A stretch of DNA of 32,791 nt from the NCBI GenBank assembly GCA_018649885.1, contig JABIHA010000082.1, positions 1 to 32,791 on the forward strand, read 5' to 3'. The DNA comes from Bacteriovoracaceae bacterium (GTDB taxonomy: Bacteria; Bdellovibrionota; Bacteriovoracia; Bacteriovoracales; Bacteriovoracaceae). The notes under the pieces are model-generated. The model had not been told where the DNA came from, searched no databases, and worked only from the letters and a program-made list of their open reading frames with translations. The position numbers and the translations under genes are program-made. Positions 15,675 through 25,246 of this stretch are shown here, in pieces (positions within the stretch are counted from its first letter, which is position 1; every line of letters begins with the position of its first letter).

Positions 15675-17060
15675 ATGAAAAAATTTGATTTAGTTGTTCT
15701 CGGTGCTGGTCCTGGAGGCTACATTGCCGCTATTAGAGCTGCTCAGCTGAAAAAGAAAGTAGCAATTGTCGAGGAAGATAAGTTGGGGGGGGTTTGCCTC
15801 AACAGGGGGTGCATTCCCACAAAAGCCGTTTTGAAATCGGCCCACAGTGTCCATGAGATAGCTCAATTTAAATCCTTGGGAATAGATGTGGAGCTTAAGG
15901 GACTTGATGGAGCTAAGGCCGTGAAAAGGGCGGGCGCGATCAGTGAGAGAATTTCAAAAGGTGTCGGTTTTTTAATGAAAAAAAACAACATCACCGTCAT
16001 AAAAGGGACTGCAAAATTAGTCTCTAACACTAAAATTGAAGTGGTAGATGGGGCCAAGACAGAAACCGTTGAAGCGACAAATTTTATTCTAGCAACAGGT
16101 GCAGGCTATAAAAGTTTTCCAGGTCTTGAGCACGACGGAAAAAGACTCATTGGAGCTTGGGAAGCAATCAAGCTTGAACAGCTTCCTAAATCTATTGGGA
16201 TTGTTGGAGCCGGGGCCATCGGTGTGGAGTTTGCCTATTTTTGGAATGCTTTTGGCGTTGATGTCCATATCTTTGAATTACAAAATCACCTGCTGCCAAT
16301 TGAAGACGAAGACTCTTCAATTGAGGTTGAAAAGGCCTATAAAAAATACGGAATTAGAACAAGCCTCGGCATTGAAAGAATTGGTGCAAAAAATAACGGA
16401 AAAGATGTCAGCTTCTTTGTGACTGATGCTGGCTCTAAAAAAGAATATAAATTTGATATGGGCCTGATTGCTGTGGGCATGACAGGAAATATTTCTAATA
16501 TTGGTCTCGAAAAACTGGGCATAAAAACTGATAGAGGTTTTATCAGTGTTGATCAGTATCAAAGAACCAATATTCCCAATATTTATGCTATCGGTGATGT
16601 GTCTGGACCTCCTCTTCTTGCTCATGTGGCATCCCATGAGGGAGTAGTGGCGGCTGAGCATTTATCTGGTGCTCCTACTCATCCCCTTGACCACAACAAT
16701 ATTCCTGGTTGTACCTACTGCCAGCCCCAAGTGGCTTCAGTTGGCATGACTGAGAGGGCATTAAAAGAAAAAGGGATCAAGTACCGAGTGGGAAAACTTC
16801 CCTTCATTGCCAACGGAAAAGCAGTGGCCTCAAATGAAAAAGAAGGCTTTGTAAAAGTTTTGATGGGAGAGCATGGTGAGATGCTCGGGGCTCATATTGT
16901 TGGCGCACAGGCCACTGAGCTAATTCACGAATACACACTTTTTAGACAAATGGAGGGGATAGATGAAGAAATTTTTCAAACCGTTCATCCTCATCCTACT
17001 CTTGGAGAGTGGCTTGCTGAAGCAGTGCTAGCTGCAAATGATAGATCATTAAATTTTTGA
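15675..17060 (+). CDS. lpdA: Dihydrolipoyl dehydrogenase (E3)
   Basis: GAGPGG FAD motif, GGVCLNRGCIP redox disulfide, GAGAIG NAD motif and HPHPTLGE. Confidence 0.97.
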   Translation: MKKFDLVVLGAGPGGYIAAIRAAQLKKKVAIVEEDKLGGVCLNRGCIPTKAVLKSAHSVHEIAQFKSLGIDVELKGLDGAKAVKRAGAISERISKGVGFLMKKNNITVIKGTAKLVSNTKIEVVDGAKTETVEATNFILATGAGYKSFPGLEHDGKRLIGAWEAIKLEQLPKSIGIVGAGAIGVEFAYFWNAFGVDVHIFELQNHLLPIEDEDSSIEVEKAYKKYGIRTSLGIERIGAKNNGKDVSFFVTDAGSKKEYKFDMGLIAVGMTGNISNIGLEKLGIKTDRGFISVDQYQRTNIPNIYAIGDVSGPPLLAHVASHEGVVAAEHLSGAPTHPLDHNNIPGCTYCQPQVASVGMTERALKEKGIKYRVGKLPFIANGKAVASNEKEGFVKVLMGEHGEMLGAHIVGAQATELIHEYTLFRQMEGIDEEIFQTVHPHPTLGEWLAEAVLAANDRSLNF

Positions 17061-17100
17061 GTTTAAATATAAAATAGAGTTTTAATAAGAGAGAATAAAT

Positions 17101-18393
17101 ATGGCAAAACAACAAGTCGTAATGCCTCAAATGGGCGAATCAATTACAACTGGCACTATCACCAAGTGGCACAAAGCTGAAGGTGACATTGTCGAGCTAG
17201 ACGAGATCTTACTAGAGATTTCTACCGATAAGGTAGAGTCAGAAATCCCGGCCCCTGCAAAAGGTAGAATCTGGAAGCTTTTCAATGAGGAAGGAGACAC
17301 AGTAGATGTCGGTGTCCAAATTGCAGAAATAGAAACAGACTTATCACTACCTTTCGAAAAGGGAGCTGCTACTCCAGCTTCAGCCTCGGCTCCGGCTTCA
17401 GCTTCGGCTTCAGCTTCGGCTCCGGCTCCGGCTCCGGCTTCAGCCTCAGCTCCGATCCAAGAAGTCGCACTAGCAGGCAGAAGATTCTACACCCCACTAG
17501 TCAAGGCCCTAGCAGCCGACCATGGTGTCCCACTCTCAGAGCTGTCACAAATTTCAGGCACTGGTGCCGGCGCAAGAGTAAATAAGAGTGACTTCATGAA
17601 TTACCTAAGCTCTCGTACAAGTGCTTCGGCCCCCGCGATATCAACATCTGTAGCGACTGTGCCTGACACAACTTTTACCTTCGCTCCCGGAGAGCGCATT
17701 GAGTATGTTCCACTCGATAATATGAGAAAAACCATAGCCAAAAATATGGTTGCCTCCAAACAAACCTCAGCTCACGTCAACTCAATGGGCGAAGTTGACC
17801 TATCTCATTTAGTAAAATTTAGAGAGGGCTTTAAGTCTGAGTTTGCAAAACAAGAAGGTTTTAAACTTACTTATACACCCTTTATTTTACTGGCCATTAC
17901 TCAGGCCCTCAAAGACCATCCTCTAGTTAATGCCTCAGTTGATGGTGATAATTTAATTGTAAAAAAAGATATCAACCTAGGCTTTGCTGTGGCCGTACCA
18001 GGCAATGGTCTGACAGTTCCTATTATTCATGGAATCGATAATCTTGGACTTCTTGGTATTTGTAGAAAGCTCAATGAGCTAGCAGAAAAAGCAAGAGCCA
18101 GAAGATTAACAATGGATGACCTTACAGGTGGAACTTATACTTTCACTAATGTGGGATCTTTTGGGACACTGATGGCCACTCCAATTATTTTACAACCCCA
18201 AATCGGAATTTACGCAGCTGGAGTCATTCAAAAAAGAGTGGTTGTGACTGAAGGTGATGCTATTGCCATTAGGTCTATGATGTATGGAACTCATGCCTAT
18301 GATCACAGAGTTATTGACGGACAACTTGGCGGACAGTTTCTAAACTCAGTTCATAAGCATTTGAGTGAAATGGACCCATCAGAGCTTTTTTAA
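17101..18393 (+). CDS. 2-oxoacid dehydrogenase E2 (dihydrolipoamide acyltransferase, SucB-like)
   Basis: One lipoyl domain (MPQMGES, EISTDKV), Ala/Pro/Ser linker, E3-binding domain (GTGAGARV) and catalytic YDHRVIDG. Confidence 0.93.
   Translation: MAKQQVVMPQMGESITTGTITKWHKAEGDIVELDEILLEISTDKVESEIPAPAKGRIWKLFNEEGDTVDVGVQIAEIETDLSLPFEKGAATPASASAPASASASASAPAPAPASASAPIQEVALAGRRFYTPLVKALAADHGVPLSELSQISGTGAGARVNKSDFMNYLSSRTSASAPAISTSVATVPDTTFTFAPGERIEYVPLDNMRKTIAKNMVASKQTSAHVNSMGEVDLSHLVKFREGFKSEFAKQEGFKLTYTPFILLAITQALKDHPLVNASVDGDNLIVKKDINLGFAVAVPGNGLTVPIIHGIDNLGLLGICRKLNELAEKARARRLTMDDLTGGTYTFTNVGSFGTLMATPIILQPQIGIYAAGVIQKRVVVTEGDAIAIRSMMYGTHAYDHRVIDGQLGGQFLNSVHKHLSEMDPSELF
17374..17454 (+). repeat. 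Low-complexity (PA/SA)n linker repeats in E2
   Basis: Degenerate 6-bp repeats (CCGGCT/TCAGCT/TCGGCT) encoding PASASAPASASASASAPAPAP. Confidence 0.8.
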
Positions 18394-19253
18394 ATACTCT
18401 GAGGTGGTGGCAGCTGCTTTAGCTTTATTTGTAATTGGGTAAATAGGCCGTAATGGTCAGACAGCTGAGCAGCCGTTTTTTCGTTAATTAATCCCATTTC
18501 TTGAAACATGATTTGATAATCAACTGATGAAAAGTGATTGGTGTGAAAAATATGATCCAGCTGACATGGATCTACCCATGATCTGTTATAGAAGTTCTTC
18601 TTACAGTAAGTGACTACTTTGGGATCAACGGGAACTCTTCTTAAATCGGGATAGAGACCAGGAAGCTGTGTCCAAATCTCATCCATAGAGAATTTTCCAG
18701 GACCCATATTAATATCACCACCGATGATCAGGGGGTCCCCTCCAGCCTTTTTGAGAGTTTCTTCAAAGAGTTGTTTGACTTGGGACTTTCTATAATCTTC
18801 AAAGGAATGAGAAAAAGGAGCGTAATTTGCAGTGAGATGGGTATTAGATATCCAAACTTTTTTTAGAGTAGGGTGATCAATTTGCGCTAGATAAAACCCT
18901 TTTTTCACAAGCCACTCACCGTCAGCATTACTTTTTGGAAATTTTGGACTCTCATCAAAGGGAATGTACTCACATTCTGTAATGGGAAATCGACTTAAAA
19001 TCATCAGTCCACTTCCTAGAGTGAATTCATTACCTCCCACTGCAAATGGAAAGCATGCTCTGAGGAGATTTTTTTTAAAATATCTTGCCCATGCCTCTTG
19101 GATTAAAACCACATCGACTTTTCCCCACTGATAGAGTTCGGCCAATTTTTTTCTAAGAAGGGGGGCCCTTTCTTTAACAAAGGGGGTACCAACTGAAAGG
19201 GGCAGCCCCGCTACGTTAAAACTTAAGACATTGAGAGTTTGGGGATTGTACAT
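18390..19253 (-). CDS. EEP superfamily hydrolase (neutral sphingomyelinase-like)
   Basis: LSFNV, IQE, GSGLMILSRFPI, NTHL, GGDIN, LDHIF and SDHYG motifs. Confidence 0.88.
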   Translation of the reverse strand: MYNPQTLNVLSFNVAGLPLSVGTPFVKERAPLLRKKLAELYQWGKVDVVLIQEAWARYFKKNLLRACFPFAVGGNEFTLGSGLMILSRFPITECEYIPFDESPKFPKSNADGEWLVKKGFYLAQIDHPTLKKVWISNTHLTANYAPFSHSFEDYRKSQVKQLFEETLKKAGGDPLIIGGDINMGPGKFSMDEIWTQLPGLYPDLRRVPVDPKVVTYCKKNFYNRSWVDPCQLDHIFHTNHFSSVDYQIMFQEMGLINEKTAAQLSDHYGLFTQLQIKLKQLPPPQSI

Positions 19254-20059
19254 TAATTCCTTATTTTCATTTTGATATAAGGTGGGGAAACCTCTATTTG
19301 TGGGTTCTTCATATCTTTAATCGAATCAAAAACAAAACCTTTGATACTAATAAATCCCGCTTTGGCCTTATCGAGGCGAATGACTAGTTTTTTCTCCAGT
19401 CCATTATAACTCACTTGTCCCTCAAATTTTAACCCTATCGTAAGAGAACCTGATGCCTTACCCGTGAATTTTAACATATTATTTGACAGCTCTAGTTTAG
19501 CTTTTTTAATTTGGTTAATTTCAATCGCTTTACCGCTTCTATCATTTCCAATTTTCACATTTTTATTAAATTTGATTAGTGGAGTGCTTCCAACAAGGTT
19601 TCTAGTAAAGGCATCGAGGAGATTTTCCCACGCGTTGGGATATTTGCCAGCGATATTGTCTACACCAGAAAGATTGAGTGTGTTGATAAAGCCAGAGCCA
19701 CTGGGGGACTTCCAATTGAGATTATCTAATACCGCACTAAATTTATTTAACTCCATCAGAATATCGAGACCGCTAGCTTCCAATTTTGTCATTGTTTTGA
19801 ACTCTTTTCCCAGCTCAAATTCAAGTTCAAGATCAGAGTTCTTATAACCAAGTACTGCTCCAGTTCTTGTGAGATTAATAGTCTGAGGATTCACTAAAAA
19901 TTTAAGCCCTGCAGATTCATAAGAGAGCTTTTCAAAGGAGAGTTGACTGCCACCGGTGTCCAAATTAAAGTCAAAACCTTTTACTTCCAGGGGAAGATAG
20001 ACAGCGTGGGATTTAAGCGTAAAAAATAGGGCGATAAGACAGAGCAGTAGTGATCTCAT
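19253..20059 (-). CDS. Hypothetical secreted beta-rich protein
   Basis: RBS AAGGAG, signal peptide ending KSHA. TAATG coupling to the EEP gene. Confidence 0.75.
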   Translation of the reverse strand: MRSLLLCLIALFFTLKSHAVYLPLEVKGFDFNLDTGGSQLSFEKLSYESAGLKFLVNPQTINLTRTGAVLGYKNSDLELEFELGKEFKTMTKLEASGLDILMELNKFSAVLDNLNWKSPSGSGFINTLNLSGVDNIAGKYPNAWENLLDAFTRNLVGSTPLIKFNKNVKIGNDRSGKAIEINQIKKAKLELSNNMLKFTGKASGSLTIGLKFEGQVSYNGLEKKLVIRLDKAKAGFISIKGFVFDSIKDMKNPQIEVSPPYIKMKIRN

Positions 20060-20183
20060 ATGATCTCCTTTTACATAAAACTTTGCGTTGCGTTATCTTT
20101 TTATTCTAACCATTCGCAGGCCCTCTGGCAGGGGGAAGAAAGATCGAGTCCCCGTTATTAGTGTTTGATGGGAATTCTCGGCC

Positions 20184-21485
20184 TTAGAGTTTACTCTTTA
20201 ATTCTCTGAGTCTTAGGAGCCTGTTCTTCAAATTTTTCTCAATACCCTGATCTCCAGGAGTATAGAATGTGGGGCATTTAATAGAGGTCATTTTTTGGGC
20301 ACTAATTCCCTCAGGTAAATCGTGTGGGTAAATATAAGGTGTCTTTAAGTTTTGTGGTGGAGTTGATCTTAAATAGGGAGGAACTTCAATGGTCTCCCTC
20401 TCCCTTACAAATTCTAAGGCCGAATCGATTGCCTTGTAGCTGGCATTACTTTTAACTGTGCAGGCCATGTAAATGGTGGTTTGTGACAAACAAATTCTTG
20501 CCTCAGGCATTCCAATATTTTGAACCGCCTGCATGGTGGACACTGCCAAACTGAGCGCCTTAGGATCGGCATTGCCTACATCTTCACTGGCAAAAATGAC
20601 AAGCCTTCTGGCAATGAACACTGGGTCTTCTCCGCCGTCGATCATGATCGCCAAGTACAGCAGTGCTGCATCTGGGTCACTTCCTCTCATACTCTTGATA
20701 AAGGCACTGATTATATCGTAATGCCTATCAGAGGCCTTATCGTAAAACCTGCTCGACTCGCTAATGAGCTTCCGAGTTAGGTCCATTTGCTTTTGGACAT
20801 CAGTTTCACCGTGAGAGGCCACTCCCTCTAGAAGGTTTAGGGCCACTCTTGCATCCCCTGAGCTATTATTTGAGATGGTGCTCAGGCACTCACTTGATAT
20901 ATTCAATTTAAACTTGTTGTTGCAATTTGTGAGGATGTCACCAAGGCCTTCTGCTGTTAGTTTACCAAGCTCAACGGTGTGTAGCCTAGATAGTAGTGCT
21001 CTATTAACACTTACCCTTGGAGCTTCAGTTGTGGCCCCTATAAGGATGAAGTCTCCATTTTCCACATAGGGAAGTAGGGCATCTTGCTGGGATTTATTGA
21101 AGCGGTGAATTTCATCAATAAAGATAATAGTTCTTTGACCTGATTTTGAGCTTAATTCAAGTGCACGAGAGATCAATTTTCTGAGCTCAGGAAGGCCTGA
21201 TAACACAGCGTTAAACGCGAAGAGCTCAAGCTTAAATGTACTGGCCAAAATGTGGGCCAAGGTGGTTTTCCCTGAACCTGGTGGCCCCCATAGAATAAGG
21301 CTTTTAAGGGTCGAATCTTTTCCACAAATCTGCTGAATTTTTAAAAGTGCACTGTCTTGTCCCACCAGTTGCTCTTTTATAAGAGGTCTTGCACGGTGGG
21401 CCAAAGGCCTTGTGTTCATGGGGTTTTGACTAGAGGCAGAGGCCTTCGGTTTGTCTTCATTGAATAGGCCCATTTGTTGATTCAT
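20184..21485 (-). CDS. rarA: Replication-associated recombination protein A (MgsA/RarA AAA+ ATPase)
   Basis: PLAHRARP, Walker A GPPGSGKTT, IDEIHRFNKSQQD, ALLSR, SAFIKSMRGSDPDA and ASEDVGNAD. Start likely 21485 or 21473. Confidence 0.96.
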   Translation of the reverse strand: MNQQMGLFNEDKPKASASSQNPMNTRPLAHRARPLIKEQLVGQDSALLKIQQICGKDSTLKSLILWGPPGSGKTTLAHILASTFKLELFAFNAVLSGLPELRKLISRALELSSKSGQRTIIFIDEIHRFNKSQQDALLPYVENGDFILIGATTEAPRVSVNRALLSRLHTVELGKLTAEGLGDILTNCNNKFKLNISSECLSTISNNSSGDARVALNLLEGVASHGETDVQKQMDLTRKLISESSRFYDKASDRHYDIISAFIKSMRGSDPDAALLYLAIMIDGGEDPVFIARRLVIFASEDVGNADPKALSLAVSTMQAVQNIGMPEARICLSQTTIYMACTVKSNASYKAIDSALEFVRERETIEVPPYLRSTPPQNLKTPYIYPHDLPEGISAQKMTSIKCPTFYTPGDQGIEKNLKNRLLRLRELKSKL

Positions 21486-21529
21486 ACTGAATAATTCACA
21501 TATTGAGACCTGTGTGTAAACCAAATAAG

Positions 21530-21558
21530 TTGACTATGCAGGTCGTGCTGGATAGAGT
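21530..21558 (+). promoter_or_regulatory. Sigma70-like promoter of rpsU
   Basis: TTGACT-17 nt-TAGAGT upstream of the AAGGAGGTGA RBS. Confidence 0.55.
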
Positions 21559-21621
21559 CTGCGCTCTAAAATAGCTTGGGTTTTACCTGAGAAAATGTTG
21601 CTGTGAAGGAGGTGATTACTC

Positions 21622-21846
21622 GTGGCACAATTAACACCTATCAAACTAAGAATTGACGAGAGATTTCCCGTTGATAAGGCCCTTAGAAAATTTAAAAGAT
21701 TGTGTGAATCCTACGGTGTCGTAAAAGAGTATAAGAGAAGACAAGAACATAAAAAGCCCTCTCTTAAGACCCGTGAAAAAGAAGAAGCAGCACTAAAAAG
21801 ACGCAGAAAAGCCATTATGAAAGTAAGCAAATCTTCAAGAATCTAA
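21622..21846 (+). CDS. rpsU: 30S ribosomal protein S21
   Basis: DKALRKFKR, EYKRRQEHKKPS and basic C-terminus. Strong RBS AAGGAGGTGA before GTG. Confidence 0.95.
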   Translation: MAQLTPIKLRIDERFPVDKALRKFKRLCESYGVVKEYKRRQEHKKPSLKTREKEEAALKRRRKAIMKVSKSSRI

Positions 21847-21874
21847 ATACTTATTAGGTAAGCATTTTTGGTGC

Positions 21875-22741
21875 TTACCTAATTCTTTTTAACAAAACTT
21901 TTAAAATCATATTCCATCTTGTGTGAATTGTACCAATCACACCCGTTAATTTGTTGGGCGTGAGGTATTTTTCTTTAGCTATTGTCCGGTGAAAATTATT
22001 CCATGAGAAATTGAGATTTTCCAATTGGGCCCCAAAATATTTCAAGTCATTCTTTGTTAAAATGATCCTAGATATTTCTCGAAAAAAATTAGAGTAGACT
22101 CCTTGAACCCCTTCCCTTAAATGATCAGGCGTAAAGTCTACAAGCATGATTTCCCATTGAATTAAAACTTTGCCCATTGTTTGCTGGAGTTGCAAATTGG
22201 AGTCAACATTGGGTACGTGGTAGGAGATGTACTCACTCATTATCAGCTCAACTTGGTGGTTGGCCAAATAAACAAGATTTCCCAGTTGATCAAGAGACTT
22301 AACTAGTGACAAATTTCTGGTCATTTGTTCAAGGCTATGTGAATTCCCCGAATTTGTTGCAAGAGAATATTTTCTTTGCCCAGTCAGTATACTTTTTTCT
22401 AGACGACCAAGTTCCAAATGAATAAATTTGAGCTTCTCAAGGCAATCATCACTAAATTCATTCAAACAAGACTTGTTCCATAGTCCAATATTGCGATTAG
22501 TATCAACAATTTTAGTTTTCAAAGTGAGTATATGTTTAAAGTGTGGATCAATAAGGCTGAGAAATTGATTAAACTCCCTGAGTATATTTAATAGTTGAGG
22601 TCTTACATATTTTCGGTACTCATATGGATTAATTTTAAAACGACCCTTTACCTGTTTGTACCGAAAGGGGTGTTCTACGGATGCGTAGCAATTTATGCTA
22701 ATCCAGGAAAAAATTGCCGCTAAAATTATTGAAGTTTTCAT
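21875..22741 (-). CDS. Hypothetical secreted helical protein
   Basis: 288-aa ORF with a signal peptide (NCYA). No recognised motif. Confidence 0.7.
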   Translation of the reverse strand: MKTSIILAAIFSWISINCYASVEHPFRYKQVKGRFKINPYEYRKYVRPQLLNILREFNQFLSLIDPHFKHILTLKTKIVDTNRNIGLWNKSCLNEFSDDCLEKLKFIHLELGRLEKSILTGQRKYSLATNSGNSHSLEQMTRNLSLVKSLDQLGNLVYLANHQVELIMSEYISYHVPNVDSNLQLQQTMGKVLIQWEIMLVDFTPDHLREGVQGVYSNFFREISRIILTKNDLKYFGAQLENLNFSWNNFHRTIAKEKYLTPNKLTGVIGTIHTRWNMILKVLLKRIR

Positions 22742-22864
22742 CCCTTATAGGATGTTCCCAGGGTGATGACTTTGCAAGTAAATCATTGTTTGTGGTGCCG
22801 GCAAAGGATACCGCGGCTAAGCTAATGGCTTCATTTTGTCAGGGAAACCCCCGAAACTTGGAAT

Positions 22865-24265
22865 ATGGAAAAAGTTATTTGCAGCGTTTTTATATTACTA
22901 CTTGGGGTTTTTGCCAGCTTTTCAGCAAATGCTGAGGAAGTGGAGCCGCTGCTTAACTGGAAGGCCACGGCCAAAGAGAATCTCAGCCTTAAAGATTGGA
23001 TTTTGACAAATGATAAAGAGAGCATAAGAAGAGAGAAAATCAATTACTATCTCAATGGAGGAGAAATTGTTGGCAGAGTTATCTCTTGTATTGGGGATTG
23101 CAGGATATACAGAGGGGAGGGCTTTGCCAGAGCATCTTACAGATCGACTATTAAAGAAGGTGATGATCTATTTACATTAAATGATAGTTTTATGTGGGTG
23201 TACCTTCTAAATGGAACCATGGTGAGGATGGCGCCATACACATCTGTTTCACTAAAAGAAATCAACCTGTCCCTTACTGAGACTTTTGTTCATGTAAGAA
23301 TAAATCAAGGAGCTGTTCACTGGATTGCCAGACAGCCAGACCCTTATCAAATTAATAATTTGCATGAAACCGATCGAGTATTTCTTCCACTTAGACCTCT
23401 CGAAGCAAACCCTTATGAGAGCAAGTATGATATCAGCGAGGATAATCTTGCAGGGTTAATAAATGAAGACCAGCGTATTTCAAATCACATAGAAAATCTC
23501 AATAAAAAGATTGCTAAAAATGACAAAGGCATTCCCAAGAGAAGGCACTTTAGCTTTATCGTTTTTGCAGGGGGAACTGTCTTTGGCGAAAATGTTACAG
23601 GCCAATTCTATTCTCTTTTGGGAGAAAAAACGTTTTTAAAACTAAGTGAGCCTAAAAAGGCATACCACCTTGAAACTGTCACTAGGGACAAAGATTATAT
23701 TGATAGTTTGTACTTTTACAGAGGCTATCAAAATCGAGATACCTTTGATCTGGATGAAGGGGTTTGGTATGAAGTCTCTGAAGATGGGAGAACAATTTCT
23801 GAAAATCCTAAAGTGGCCCAGATCATGAACTTCAGCGATTTTGTTGTAAGTCGAATTCCATCAATTATGACTGCCAGAGAGATATTCTATGAAAAATATA
23901 GTCGTCCAATCTTAGTTCATAATGATCCAGAGACTTTCCCAGAGGAGACTGATTATTTTCTGTGGGGAGGAATAAAAGATGATGATATCGAAGTTTCCCT
24001 AGCTAATCGTTTGAAATTTCTCTTTGAACATACAAGAAGAACTGAGACCAATAATTTATCTAAACTCAGATCTATAAAACACTTGTATAGAAATACAAAT
24101 GCTAGAATTCTAAAAAATGTTTCACAATTTTTTCACGGAAAAGTTATTGAAGATTATGTTCGGCACCTCAATTACTATTCAGATAGCTCTAGTAAAGACT
24201 ACTGGGTAAGAGGCAATAAACTGAAAAAGAAGTGGCTACTTCAACGCTACTTAAAGGGAAGATAG
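22865..24265 (+). CDS. Secreted protein with FecR-like domain
   Basis: Signal peptide (SANA). GRV..IGDC.....IKEGDDLFTLNDSFMWVYLLNGTMVRMAPYTSV..INQGAV matches the FecR-domain pattern. Confidence 0.7.
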   Translation: MEKVICSVFILLLGVFASFSANAEEVEPLLNWKATAKENLSLKDWILTNDKESIRREKINYYLNGGEIVGRVISCIGDCRIYRGEGFARASYRSTIKEGDDLFTLNDSFMWVYLLNGTMVRMAPYTSVSLKEINLSLTETFVHVRINQGAVHWIARQPDPYQINNLHETDRVFLPLRPLEANPYESKYDISEDNLAGLINEDQRISNHIENLNKKIAKNDKGIPKRRHFSFIVFAGGTVFGENVTGQFYSLLGEKTFLKLSEPKKAYHLETVTRDKDYIDSLYFYRGYQNRDTFDLDEGVWYEVSEDGRTISENPKVAQIMNFSDFVVSRIPSIMTAREIFYEKYSRPILVHNDPETFPEETDYFLWGGIKDDDIEVSLANRLKFLFEHTRRTETNNLSKLRSIKHLYRNTNARILKNVSQFFHGKVIEDYVRHLNYYSDSSSKDYWVRGNKLKKKWLLQRYLKGR

Positions 24266-24874
24266 TTGAAAAACCTTCAACTGGTTCTCGCTAGTAAAAG
24301 TCCTAGAAGATTTGAGCTTTTATCACATCTAGGCCTTAAATTCGTGGTGCGCACAACAGAAGTAGTTGAAGAAAGTGCTTGTAGTTCTCCTGAAGAAGTA
24401 GTTGTTGATTTGGCCATTTTAAAAGGTAAGTCGACACTAGAACACTTGATGAGTGTGGACCAAACATCATCTCCGCTAGTCATTGCTGCAGATACTATTG
24501 TTTGTCTTGAAAATGAAATCCTTGGCAAGCCTGTGGACACAAATGATGCAAGATCAATATTAAAAAAATTATCTGGAAGAAAGCACGATGTTCTTACAGG
24601 AGTCTATTTGGGAACTAAGGAAAAAAGGTTTCATTTTTTTTGCAAGTCTTCAGTATGGTTTGATCCAATTGAAGATGTTATTTTGGAGCAATACTTATCA
24701 ACTGGGGACTCTCTTGATAAGGCAGGTGCCTATGGAATACAAGGAGCGGGACTCTTATTTATTTCCAAATTAGAGGGATCGTATTCAAATGTTGTAGGCC
24801 TTCCTCTTTCAGATCTTATTTTGCAGTTAGGAAAATTTCTTGGAACTAAGGACTGGAGAAAGCTCATTGAATGA
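24266..24874 (+). CDS. maf: Maf family nucleoside triphosphate pyrophosphatase (YhdE-type)
   Basis: LASKSPRR, AADT, LGKP, LSGRKH, DKAGAYGIQ and NVVGLP. Confidence 0.95.
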   Translation: MKNLQLVLASKSPRRFELLSHLGLKFVVRTTEVVEESACSSPEEVVVDLAILKGKSTLEHLMSVDQTSSPLVIAADTIVCLENEILGKPVDTNDARSILKKLSGRKHDVLTGVYLGTKEKRFHFFCKSSVWFDPIEDVILEQYLSTGDSLDKAGAYGIQGAGLLFISKLEGSYSNVVGLPLSDLILQLGKFLGTKDWRKLIE

Positions 24875-25232
24875 GTATTGTGACCTGGCAAAGACATTTC
24901 ACCGCTTTGGTGTGGCATTAAATAAATACGAAAAATCAGTAGATTCAATCTATTTTGAGATCTCATTTGAAATTAGGCCAGGAGCAAAAATTGAAAAAAT
25001 ACAAGTCACTGATGGTGGCAGCATTAAGATCCACACGATGGAAAAACCAGTAGAGGGTGCGGCTAACAAATCCGTGATAAAAAAATTATCTAAATCTCTA
25101 GGCATTCCAAAGTCTAATATCGAAATAATTTCAGGAGTAAATTCAAGATCAAAAAATGTGGCACTAGTTTTTCAAATTAGTAAAAATAAAACTATTGAAA
25201 ACTATATCGAAAAAATATCAAAAATTTTCTGA
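24867..25232 (+). CDS. DUF167 (YggU/UPF0235) family protein
   Basis: IRPGAK, PVEGAAN, LSKSLGIPKSNIEIISGVNSRSK. TTG start at 24867 after GGAG. Confidence 0.88.
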   Translation: MNEYCDLAKTFHRFGVALNKYEKSVDSIYFEISFEIRPGAKIEKIQVTDGGSIKIHTMEKPVEGAANKSVIKKLSKSLGIPKSNIEIISGVNSRSKNVALVFQISKNKTIENYIEKISKIF

Positions 25233-25246
25233 GAAAAAATCGACCA

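Noticed and set aside
22745..22864. c-di-GMP-I riboswitch suggested by GGCAAA within a hairpin
   Set aside because: The GNRA-capped P2 and the GCAAA/P3 architecture are missing. The short region lies between divergent genes and is probably promoter DNA.
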